Shown piece by piece: positions 48,325-56,759 of a stretch of DNA of 64,000 nt. Numbering within the stretch: the first letter of the stretch is position 1; the number at the start of each line of letters is the position of its first letter. The notes under the pieces are model-generated. The model was not told where the DNA came from, made no database searches, and worked only from the letters and a program-made list of their open reading frames with translations. Location: IMG/VR virus record IMGVR_UViG_3300042554_001750. One strand, given 5' to 3'. The translations under genes and the position numbers were made by a program. Source of the DNA: a virus. Lineage: Duplodnaviria > Caudoviricetes.

Positions 48325-48353
48325 AGTATAACATGATTTCTATAGAAGATCAA
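48325..48353 (-). promoter_or_regulatory. sigma70-type promoter for primase-helicase
   Basis: TTGATC-17 bp-TATACT with TGn extension; second ATG (48318) 6 nt downstream. Confidence 0.65.
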
Positions 48354-48356
48354 CTA

Positions 48357-49139
48357 TTATCTAGCCAATATGTTTGTTGCAACGCCGGCGTTGCTCGTAA
48401 ATACCATTCTTACATATGGGTGATATCCACGAATAGACCATCCAAATGTGTCAGTTACATTGGCATAATCTTCACTAATAGTAATTGGATACCAATCACC
48501 GTCAACAATAGTAGATCCTTCAATTCCAACCGTACCGTTAAACTCTGTCAAATGAGTTTGTATGGTTAGTACGGGATTGTCTTCTGTGTTGATAACACTA
48601 CTATAGTAAATGTTAGCGTTAGGTAATGGATTATTGGGATTTACATCAGGATTTAAATTAGGAAACGGTTGTCCTGTAGGAATTGTAATAGTTTCGCTAG
48701 GAATAAATGCAGGTAATACAGAATTAACAATATACAAATCTCCGCGGGCGCCTGCATTCTGATCCACGAAAACCGGGAAATCAAATTCACCGATTGGAAT
48801 TTCTAATGAATAATGTGCTCTTTGTGCATCAATATTTTCAATGTCTGCTGCATTCAAATATAATGATGCGATACCTGTTAATGGTAACTGTAATGTCAAT
48901 GCTTTTCGCAATAGAACTTCGCTACCATTATAACTGATAGCTCTAAAAACTATGCTTTTTCCAGTAATGTCAACTGGCTTTTGTTCTTGATTTAAAAATT
49001 GAAACTGGAGCTGATTGTCAACTCCCTTATGTAGAGTTAGAGGTTTGGCATACTGTGGCATATATTTCCTTACTGAATTGCCCGTCAATAACACAACTAT
49101 CTGTCGTTGTGTGTAAATAAAAACCGATGTTGAATACAC
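48357..49139 (-). CDS. hypothetical structural protein (BppU N-terminal-like)
   Basis: GTG start after AAGGA; GVDNQLQFQFLNQEQKPVDITG pattern. Confidence 0.6.
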   Translation of the reverse strand: MYSTSVFIYTQRQIVVLLTGNSVRKYMPQYAKPLTLHKGVDNQLQFQFLNQEQKPVDITGKSIVFRAISYNGSEVLLRKALTLQLPLTGIASLYLNAADIENIDAQRAHYSLEIPIGEFDFPVFVDQNAGARGDLYIVNSVLPAFIPSETITIPTGQPFPNLNPDVNPNNPLPNANIYYSSVINTEDNPVLTIQTHLTEFNGTVGIEGSTIVDGDWYPITISEDYANVTDTFGWSIRGYHPYVRMVFTSNAGVATNILAR

Positions 49140-49231
49140 AAAAGATTTCCTTTACTGTATTTAGCATGAAAAAAATTAAAATAAATAGTTCGGGTAAGGT
49201 GAGTAAATAATAGTTATTCATATAATAATTA

Positions 49232-49612
49232 ATGGCTTTAAACGATTTTTTTAAGAAGTTGAGCGAAAATCATCCCTTTATAACGGTTTGCTCATACGCT
49301 AATCAAGACTATGTAGGAATAGTGCAAAACAGGGATGATACAGTCACCACAATATATGATTACGGAGCCATTGTTGATCAGGAAATCAAGAGTAAATTCT
49401 TAGAACTAGGTGATATTTGGTGGTGGGAAAGCAATAGACTTATACCTATAAATCTATTTTTGAAAGATGAATGGAGTATTTTTAAGCCCTATCTAAGAAC
49501 TTTTAATAATAAAAGTTTAGTAATTTTACACGGGCCCACATGTAGTATGAATGAACTTCACAAACGCCGTAGTAAGAGGCGTAGTATCACGCTAGTCAAG
49601 CGTATTTCCTAA
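49232..49612 (+). CDS. hypothetical protein
   Basis: 126-aa ORF whose 3' end overlaps the convergent DnaE C-piece. Confidence 0.8.
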   Translation: MALNDFFKKLSENHPFITVCSYANQDYVGIVQNRDDTVTTIYDYGAIVDQEIKSKFLELGDIWWWESNRLIPINLFLKDEWSIFKPYLRTFNNKSLVILHGPTCSMNELHKRRSKRRSITLVKRIS

Positions 49613-50176
49613 TTCTACTAATAAATTCATATGTACTGCTACTAGCCACGCATACCCAACCGCGTGTGCTTTCTTAAACTGATATCCGTCAGTGCCACGA
49701 TCCCATATTGTTTTTGCTACTTCAATCCAGGGTAGTCCAATCAGATGCTTTTTTCCCGGGCGAATCAATGCTAGAAACATAGCAAGTCTAGGAATACTAT
49801 TGACTGGTTCGGGCATCTTAGTTAGTGACGGATAATGATTTCCAATATGAATTAGTTTTTCTACAAAGAACGGATCATTCAATTTCTTCCAGTCAGGATC
49901 CCGCATAAGTTCTATCAAATGCTTTTCATCACGGACATGCTTATAAACATGTACATTCAATAAATCCAACTTAAAATAACCCCTCTTTTCTGCGTCTGAA
50001 TAGTCAATAGCTGCCATATCATTTACAGGATCGTAGGGTATTTCTGTAATATGAACTCCAGTAGCATGCTTGCGAATAGGATTTACCTTTAGCATAGCTG
50101 AAGGGATATGTTTTATATGTTGCAGTAATGTACTTCTATCTGCTAAGTCAATGTCTACATCAGTATCAATTTTCAT
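49592..50176 (-). CDS. dnaE: DNA polymerase III alpha (DnaE)-like fragment, catalytic palm/finger piece
   Basis: TDVDIDL (PDxDxD), RKHATGV, GYFKLDLL, LALIRPG and YQFKKAHAVGY, in DnaE order. Confidence 0.85.
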   Translation of the reverse strand: MKIDTDVDIDLADRSTLLQHIKHIPSAMLKVNPIRKHATGVHITEIPYDPVNDMAAIDYSDAEKRGYFKLDLLNVHVYKHVRDEKHLIELMRDPDWKKLNDPFFVEKLIHIGNHYPSLTKMPEPVNSIPRLAMFLALIRPGKKHLIGLPWIEVAKTIWDRGTDGYQFKKAHAVGYAWLVAVHMNLLVELGNTLD

Positions 50177-50763
50177 AATTGTATTGTTTTTATGCCACGC
50201 AATAACATTTCAACGCTAACTGCTACCAATATAAGACCCATTAATCTTTCCATAGCAATTAAAAATCTATTACCCAATAGATGTTGTATTCTATCACCTA
50301 TTAATAAAGCAATCATACTTATGGTAATACCTACTCCCATCGCTGCCACCCATACCCAAAACTCATCGGGTTGCTGACTAACTAATAACATCACAGTAGC
50401 TAACGCACTAGGTCCTGCAATCAATGGTATTGCCAATGGCACTATAAATGGTTCATGGTCCAATATTTCTTCTTCAACATTAGAATCATTAGGAAATACC
50501 ATTTTTATAGCAATAAGAAATAAAATAACTGCGCCTGCTAATTGGAGACTAGCATTACTTAATCCCAATGCACTTAAAAAGTGCTGACCCACAATCATAA
50601 AAAGAAATAGAATACCGAAAGCAATAAAATGCTCACGCACGATAATCCAACTTCTTTTTTCTACGCTATACTTTTTTAGTGTACTACTAAAGATGGGAAA
50701 ATTTCCAAACGGATCAAATATAAGTATCAGTAGCATCAATGCTGAAACAAATGTGTAGGTCAT
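50173..50763 (-). CDS. marC: MarC-family integral membrane protein
   Basis: DPFGNFPIF, IVPLAIPLIAGPSA and ERLMGLIL signatures. Confidence 0.9.
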   Translation of the reverse strand: MTYTFVSALMLLILIFDPFGNFPIFSSTLKKYSVEKRSWIIVREHFIAFGILFLFMIVGQHFLSALGLSNASLQLAGAVILFLIAIKMVFPNDSNVEEEILDHEPFIVPLAIPLIAGPSALATVMLLVSQQPDEFWVWVAAMGVGITISMIALLIGDRIQHLLGNRFLIAMERLMGLILVAVSVEMLLRGIKTIQL

Positions 50764-51317
50764 GACATAAAACCTGCCTTCATTAATTTCATGTAAGCCT
50801 GTTGTACAACAATTGCCTGTCGTTCAGCATCTTCTACTGCTTTGTGACTAGTCTTGTGTCCACCATCTTTTAATTTTACTCCGGCAATCTCATACAATGT
50901 TCTAGTATCACGAACAGTATAGAAAGGCCAGGGTATAGGATTAGGATAATCAGTTAATGTTTGACGCATGCCTGTTTCGCATGCGACCACATCAAATGCC
51001 GCTCCGTTACTCCAAACTGCTCTACGATTCCAACAAAACTTATAAAGTTGTTCCATACATTCTTTAAATGAAATACGATCCCTATCTCCCAATGCTTCTT
51101 CCATTGCTTCAGGACTTTGTGTACTCCACCAACGCAATGTATCTTCGTTGATAACTCTGTTGTGTATTTCTGTCTGATCCTCAATTGTAGGACGCAACTC
51201 TAACCGTTCTATAACACCTTGACCCTTAGGATCAAATCTCACAGCCCCGATGGTAAGTATAACACAATAAGGGCTTGTGTCAAGCGTCTCCAGATCAACC
51301 ATTATATCATTTGCCAT
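50760..51317 (-). CDS. DEDDh 3'-5' exonuclease (Rv2179c-like)
   Basis: MVDLETL, WSNGAAFD and HKAVEDA motifs. Confidence 0.85.
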   Translation of the reverse strand: MANDIMVDLETLDTSPYCVILTIGAVRFDPKGQGVIERLELRPTIEDQTEIHNRVINEDTLRWWSTQSPEAMEEALGDRDRISFKECMEQLYKFCWNRRAVWSNGAAFDVVACETGMRQTLTDYPNPIPWPFYTVRDTRTLYEIAGVKLKDGGHKTSHKAVEDAERQAIVVQQAYMKLMKAGFMS

Positions 51318-51598
51318 TACTGAAACTTTAATAGAAATAGTAAATATTTTTTCTCGTCCATAATCTTGTAACCATCAGTAATGTTACCATTGACCATGTT
51401 CATCTTTACACCATAATTATTTTCTAGATAATCTTCAAATTCGTAGGCATCAAATTGATTACTTGATGTATCCAAGATACTCATATATTCTTGCCGAACT
51501 TGTTTTAATGCTGCCCAGTAATCCCAGCGTTTTTTCCGTTGATCGTTCAACGGGTCATCTTCATCATAGTCTTGAAAACTTTTAGGGATGCTAGCCAT
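51317..51598 (-). CDS. small hypothetical protein (paralogous family)
   Basis: Ends DEKKYLLFLLKFQ. Confidence 0.75.
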   Translation of the reverse strand: MASIPKSFQDYDEDDPLNDQRKKRWDYWAALKQVRQEYMSILDTSSNQFDAYEFEDYLENNYGVKMNMVNGNITDGYKIMDEKKYLLFLLKFQ

Positions 51599-52292
51599 TA
51601 CTTTGCCAAATATTATCTAGACTTCTTACATCTTCAATGATACTACTGTCAAGATAATTAAGCAAGAGAGCTGGGCGATTTTGTTTAGTAGGATTGGGCA
51701 TACTAGAATGCAATACCCTAGAGTTATATAGCAACACACTACCTTTTGGTAAAGAGGGCTGAATAGAATTCGCTTTAAAGAATCCGTCGTACATTCCCTG
51801 ATAACAAAAATCTATATTGTAATTTACCATTTGACTTTTAGGAACTATACCTGTAGCTCCATTAGTTTTATCTAAGTCATATAAGGAAACTATAGCTTGT
51901 ATGCCTAAAAAGTTTTTGTTAAAGTTATATTTTTTAAATCTATGCGGAGTATCAACATGGGGATTGATCCAAGTAGATCCTGCGTTTATAGTTACAATGT
52001 CGCTAGCATACCATTCTGCTTTAGGCAGATGCATATTAACTGTGGGGTTTATTAATTGTTCTATTTGTATAACTTCGGGCCAATCCATAACAAATTGGCT
52101 CCACCAAACACTTACATTAGGTAATTTTTCAATCTCATTACGCTCGGCATACTTTTTGTTACTAGAACTAGCACGAACTGGATACAGTAATTCTTTTTTA
52201 GCCAAGATACTATCAATCAATTCATCTGGTATTATTTTTTCAAGGATAAGGTAGCCGTTGCCTGTGGTAAGCTGGTGTTTAACTACATTCAT
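51591..52292 (-). CDS. Fe(II)/2-oxoglutarate dioxygenase, PhyH-like
   Basis: HVD...GATGIVP.S...KGSVLLYNSRVLHSSMPN...R facial-triad pattern. Confidence 0.85.
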   Translation of the reverse strand: MNVVKHQLTTGNGYLILEKIIPDELIDSILAKKELLYPVRASSSNKKYAERNEIEKLPNVSVWWSQFVMDWPEVIQIEQLINPTVNMHLPKAEWYASDIVTINAGSTWINPHVDTPHRFKKYNFNKNFLGIQAIVSLYDLDKTNGATGIVPKSQMVNYNIDFCYQGMYDGFFKANSIQPSLPKGSVLLYNSRVLHSSMPNPTKQNRPALLLNYLDSSIIEDVRSLDNIWQSNG

Positions 52293-52293
52293 A

Positions 52294-52527
52294 CTATTCC
52301 CATTTTAATTTATATAAGGTAGCATGAGCAGGGTTTTTAAAAATAAATTCTACTTTTGATGTTGCGTCCTCAGTAGGTGTATACCATACCCATTGAAAAT
52401 CAACATCAAGAACAAGACCTGCTCTTATAAGTTCATACTTGTAGTCTATTGCTTCTGTAGCTTTAATTTTGTACAGCCTAACTACATTATCTACCCATTC
52501 TATATTTATGCTTTTAGGAGTTTCCAC
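52294..52527 (-). CDS. small hypothetical protein (paralogous family)
   Basis: Ends FIFKNPAHATLYKLKWE. Confidence 0.7.
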   Translation of the reverse strand: METPKSINIEWVDNVVRLYKIKATEAIDYKYELIRAGLVLDVDFQWVWYTPTEDATSKVEFIFKNPAHATLYKLKWE

Positions 52528-52844
52528 ATGTACCTTTTTTCTAATTCTGTTTGTAGGTCAGTTGCGTGTTCTTTACTATCAAACACAACTCCAGTAATGT
52601 TATATTGGCTCATTAACCATTCGCTATAATTCATTCCACTATTGCTATACCAAACATGGGCATTAATAGTAACCATGTTGTCGGTATTCAATAGCAACTG
52701 CACCTGATTTAATTTAAATTTTTCAAATAACATTTTGAGTAAGTTATTGCAACTGTCATTACCTCGTATGTCGTGGAATGCGGGCCATGTAACTGTGTAT
52801 TTGTGTTTTAACTTATTTAATATAAAAGGGCTACTCATGACCAT
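52506..52844 (-). CDS. small hypothetical protein
   Basis: 112-aa ORF in the same tandem run. Confidence 0.7.
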   Translation of the reverse strand: MVMSSPFILNKLKHKYTVTWPAFHDIRGNDSCNNLLKMLFEKFKLNQVQLLLNTDNMVTINAHVWYSNSGMNYSEWLMSQYNITGVVFDSKEHATDLQTELEKRYMWKLLKA

Positions 52845-53086
52845 CTCAATGTAAACATAATATAATCACGCTCATATCTAAATTTAAAGCCAGAACTTTC
52901 CGCAAATCGTATCCATCTAGTATGCCGTTCAGTTCCATCTATATTCTCATAGAGCCAAGTTACTATTTCAGAGTGTTTGAACGGACTTGTGTTTTCTAAA
53001 ATGATAGTATACCATCCTGGATTAGTATTGTCCCATCCTTTATCATAATCATAGTAATTAAAGACAGCAACATCAGTCTTGCTCAC
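52835..53086 (-). CDS. small hypothetical protein (paralogous family)
   Basis: Ends FKFRYERDYIMFTLRWS. Confidence 0.75.
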   Translation of the reverse strand: MSKTDVAVFNYYDYDKGWDNTNPGWYTIILENTSPFKHSEIVTWLYENIDGTERHTRWIRFAESSGFKFRYERDYIMFTLRWS

Positions 53087-53339
53087 CTGTAATCTCTTTT
53101 TCTACTAATGTGTATGGGCGCCAATCATCGTTAGGATCATACATCAATGTAAAGTATGTATAGTCACTTTCTTTAGTGAACCATACAAACAATTCATAAC
53201 CCGCAGTTTGATACTTAAACTCTACACCTTGTTCTTTGCGGAATCGTTCAAATCTTCTTAGTACTAATGCTCTAGCCATTTGCGCTGACATACCACCAGC
53301 ACCATATGGCAAATCAAATTTTAGTAATTTTATAAACAT
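53073..53339 (-). CDS. small hypothetical protein (paralogous family)
   Basis: Contains VWFTKESDYTYFTLMY. Confidence 0.7.
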   Translation of the reverse strand: MFIKLLKFDLPYGAGGMSAQMARALVLRRFERFRKEQGVEFKYQTAGYELFVWFTKESDYTYFTLMYDPNDDWRPYTLVEKEITGEQD

Positions 53340-53542
53340 ACTAAAGAAAAATGTATAGCGTCCTTTTCTTCCATAAAAATAAAATCCATACTATCTTCGG
53401 TAAGATGAGTAATATACTTCAACCCCGGAAGTCCAAATGTTTCTATGGCAAAGATACATTTTTCATCCCAATTTGAAATTGTATCTCCGTACTTCCATGG
53501 AATATTGACGGTATACTTGTATTTAGTATCCTGCGGCATCAA
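53330..53542 (-). CDS. small hypothetical protein (paralogous family)
   Basis: Ends FIFMEEKDAIHFSLVCL. Confidence 0.7.
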   Translation of the reverse strand: MMPQDTKYKYTVNIPWKYGDTISNWDEKCIFAIETFGLPGLKYITHLTEDSMDFIFMEEKDAIHFSLVCL

Positions 53543-54233
53543 GCAAACCCTTGATTTCTTTTACTTTGTCGGGATTCCGTTTAAATTTGATAGCCCATAG
53601 TTCAGGATTAATATAATCAAGAACCATCTTAACCTGTGTTTGATCTAGTTCATCTAAAAACTTTGTGCCACTATTACTTTGATATAACATCCATGGGCTA
53701 ATTTTACCTGTTGTTATCGCATAACAAACACGGTTACGGTTAGCATAACGCAATACATCTTTAGTTTGTATCGTTTCAACTTCAGCTAGTTTTTGTGTTG
53801 TTTCAATACTTCTTGCAACTGCATCAAGTGGATCTTCTTCACGCAAGTATTCAACTAGAAATTTTGTATAGGTGGTGTCAGTATTCCATGTATCAATCTT
53901 GACTTGATTCTTTAACAGCCAATCTACAAATCTGCTAACATTCAACACATTGGCATCACTACAATATGTGCCGAATTTTACGAATGCAGTATAGTATGCC
54001 GACTTAATAAATTCTTCGTAGGTTTTTTGCTTTTTAGTACTAGTATTCTTTTTGTAAAACTGTAGCCATGCTTGAAAGCCCAGTCTATTACCTTGCAGTT
54101 CTTTGTTCAACCATCGTTGTTTGTATTCACACAAATGCTTTGCGATGGTAGTCTCGCGCAAAAAACTACGCCCACAAAAATCACAACTAAAATTTTTAGT
54201 TTCAGTTGCCCCTGTCTTTTTCATATTGTTCAA
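53523..54233 (-). CDS. hypothetical protein with N-terminal C2H2-like zinc finger
   Basis: CDFCGRSFLRETTIAKHLC. Confidence 0.75.
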   Translation of the reverse strand: MNNMKKTGATETKNFSCDFCGRSFLRETTIAKHLCEYKQRWLNKELQGNRLGFQAWLQFYKKNTSTKKQKTYEEFIKSAYYTAFVKFGTYCSDANVLNVSRFVDWLLKNQVKIDTWNTDTTYTKFLVEYLREEDPLDAVARSIETTQKLAEVETIQTKDVLRYANRNRVCYAITTGKISPWMLYQSNSGTKFLDELDQTQVKMVLDYINPELWAIKFKRNPDKVKEIKGLLDAAGY

Positions 54234-54792
54234 TGTCTTTGTCGGTTACGATTTGATTTAATGTTTCAATATCTTCAATTTTAAGATAAGGAAACAATTC
54301 ACTTAAATGAATTTTACGCTTGTTGTCTCGGACGAATTCTTCTGCGAATTCTTGCAATGTACTACTATCTGTGTTTGGATATACCTTTGCAAAGTACTCT
54401 TTAATGTCTTTGACTTTTGCCGGAGATTTTAACTTACTTACACTACTTGAGATATGCGGGATCCACTGATGAAACTGTTTACCTACACCCGGACTTGATG
54501 CACACAACATCATCCAAACTAGTTTAGGATGCTTTTGTACATTTTCATTAAACAAATATTTGTTAGCGAACTGGTTAACGCTCATTACATAGTAACGGCT
54601 TAAGCCTTCACTACCTTTGATTGCGCTCATCCAATGAGTCATCATAAAGGGAACAAACTTTTTCTGTTGCTCCTCAGTCAACTTATCATAGTATCCATAA
54701 TCTTTTTTGTCTAAAGCCGCAAGCACTTCAAACAAGTCAAGATCCTGCTTTTCAAACTTTTCGTCTTTGGATAACTTTTCTTTTGCCATCAA
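54202..54792 (-). CDS. putative clamp loader small subunit (gp62-like)
   Basis: LFEVLAALDKK...FVPFMMTHWMS...WI pattern resembles gp62; located near UvsW. Confidence 0.5.
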   Translation of the reverse strand: MMAKEKLSKDEKFEKQDLDLFEVLAALDKKDYGYYDKLTEEQQKKFVPFMMTHWMSAIKGSEGLSRYYVMSVNQFANKYLFNENVQKHPKLVWMMLCASSPGVGKQFHQWIPHISSSVSKLKSPAKVKDIKEYFAKVYPNTDSSTLQEFAEEFVRDNKRKIHLSELFPYLKIEDIETLNQIVTDKDIEQYEKDRGN

Positions 54793-55289
54793 AACGCCTG
54801 ATTATAATCTACAATCTCACAGTTTCTACTAATCTCTTTAACAAAGTAAACACATCTGGGCTTAGGACCATCGTCAATGGGCACAGATAAAAACTGCCCG
54901 TTCTTTAATCTAGGAGCATACCAAGTTACATCATGGTATATGTCTATGATTTCAATGGGTAGAAAATCTGGTCTAAAGCTACTAAGTGGATTAAATTCAA
55001 ATGCTGAAAAGCCCCTGTCGTTAATACTAGTAAGTGGAAGTGTTTCTAAGTCGCCGTGTTCTTTCTCACCGATAAGTATCTGCCAATCTACTGGCATCTT
55101 AATACGCTTGTTGCCAATGTTTAATACCAGTGCAGGCGCACTAAAGCTTTCTAAAAAGATTAATGGAATATAATGATAGTCTACATTTTGTGGATTACTG
55201 TTGTCTAGTATTGCAAAACGCAGATCGTCTATTTCTTCGGGAAGATTTTCTAGGTTGTAAGGTTGATTGTCTAATGTTAATATCCGCAT
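54789..55289 (-). CDS. conserved hypothetical protein downstream of UvsW
   Basis: 166-aa beta-rich ORF. Confidence 0.8.
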   Translation of the reverse strand: MRILTLDNQPYNLENLPEEIDDLRFAILDNSNPQNVDYHYIPLIFLESFSAPALVLNIGNKRIKMPVDWQILIGEKEHGDLETLPLTSINDRGFSAFEFNPLSSFRPDFLPIEIIDIYHDVTWYAPRLKNGQFLSVPIDDGPKPRCVYFVKEISRNCEIVDYNQAF

Positions 55290-55301
55290 ATTATGAATAT
55301 A

Positions 55302-56759
55302 TCACTTATAATTAAGTTTTTCAATATCAAATGGATAACTTGCCTCTTTGTAAAAGGCTTTTCGTTGGCTCAAATGCCGTTTGGCAAACTTGCAACTACT
55401 TGTTATGTCCCAGATTTGTACGAAGTCCTTGTCCTCAGCTTTTCTAATGCCTCGCCCAATAGATTGTATAACCCTAACAAAGCTTTTTCCGGGCTCCAAA
55501 AGAACCAGATTAAAAATCCGAGGAATATTAATACCCACAGCGGCCACACCGTAAGTCGCCACAATAATCTTATCACTACTCGTCGCCACCTCATCATATT
55601 CTTCTTTTCTTTCAGTTAATTTTGTTTCGCCACTGACAAATACTGCATTAGGTAATCGGTCTACTAATTCTTTGCCGGCTGCTACACGGTCAACAAGGAT
55701 TAAAGTATTACCACTGTCTTTTATTTTTAAGATTAGCTCGGCGATTGTGTCTAATCTTTTCTTATCTTCTAATAGATGTTTTAGCTCACTTTGATAGTTT
55801 GTAAACTCTACGCCATCTTGTAACTGCACAATGTTTACATGACATTGTGCCAACACACCTTTGTCTTGTAATTCGCTGGCACTTAGTTTTCCTACAACGG
55901 ACCCGATACTAACAAACAATGCTTGTGCTTCAAACTTTGCTTTGGGAATAGTTCCAGTAAGACCCCAACGAATAGGTACATGACTGAATACGCTAGTCAT
56001 TAGTGTTTTAAGTGCGTCTGCCTTTGCTTGATGCACCTCGTCTACAATGATACAAACAACATCTTCAATAAACTCACCGATAGGAATTTCTGCTTCACCT
56101 GCTTTAGTTTTCTTCAACATATTGTTGAGACTTTGCCAAGTACAAATTGTGTGTGTCTTGCCTATTTCTTTTCTATCACCGAAGTAGACACCTACATCTA
56201 ATCCTACATTGCGATAATCTTCTTCTGTTTGTGTAACAAGTGACTTGTTAGGAACGATTACGATACTGCGACCATAGTTTTGTATGCTATAACTCAATGC
56301 TGCCGTTGTAATTGTTTTACCTGCACCTGTTGCTACTTCCTGAATACACTGCGGATTCTCTAAGAAACGGTTGATAACTTCTACTTGATAGTCACGCAAC
56401 TTAATAGGCTGACCCTCTAATGGATGCTTCTTGGGCCATACATGTTGAGAAAATAGATCCTCGGACACTTGAGCAAAATTGAATGTTGTGGAGTATTCGC
56501 GCAAGTCCTCTAACTGAATGTCATATCCTGCCTGATCAAGTAAGGGCAAAATCTCAGGCAATAGATTAAGATAAGTGCTACCACCTAAACTAAAATAACT
56601 TACCTTACCATTCCAACGACCTAACCTAACCGCGGGCAAATACCTTGCACCAGGAATTTCGTACTCAAACATATGAAGTAACGTTTTTCTGTCTCCTAAA
56701 TCCAAGTTTTCTATTTTACAATTAACTTCATCCTTAACAATAATTTTACAAGTTTTCAT
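55302..56759 (-). CDS. uvsW: UvsW-like SF2 helicase
   Basis: LRDYQ, ATGAGKT, VDEVH, GLTGT, GINIP and QSIGRG.R motifs. Confidence 0.92.
   Translation of the reverse strand: MKTCKIIVKDEVNCKIENLDLGDRKTLLHMFEYEIPGARYLPAVRLGRWNGKVSYFSLGGSTYLNLLPEILPLLDQAGYDIQLEDLREYSTTFNFAQVSEDLFSQHVWPKKHPLEGQPIKLRDYQVEVINRFLENPQCIQEVATGAGKTITTAALSYSIQNYGRSIVIVPNKSLVTQTEEDYRNVGLDVGVYFGDRKEIGKTHTICTWQSLNNMLKKTKAGEAEIPIGEFIEDVVCIIVDEVHQAKADALKTLMTSVFSHVPIRWGLTGTIPKAKFEAQALFVSIGSVVGKLSASELQDKGVLAQCHVNIVQLQDGVEFTNYQSELKHLLEDKKRLDTIAELILKIKDSGNTLILVDRVAAGKELVDRLPNAVFVSGETKLTERKEEYDEVATSSDKIIVATYGVAAVGINIPRIFNLVLLEPGKSFVRVIQSIGRGIRKAEDKDFVQIWDITSSCKFAKRHLSQRKAFYKEASYPFDIEKLNYK

Noticed and set aside
8487-50176. Split-intein DnaE as in cyanobacteria
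   Set aside because: Neither piece has intein residues: the N-piece ends at EFLK with no C-L-S/A extension, and the C-piece begins directly with polymerase sequence and has no His-Asn-Cys junction.
52487-52510. CATAAATA-N4-ATG inside the 52294-52527 gene
   Set aside because: This ATG is out of frame and encodes only Met-Gly-Arg-stop, so it is probably chance or an internal promoter for downstream genes.
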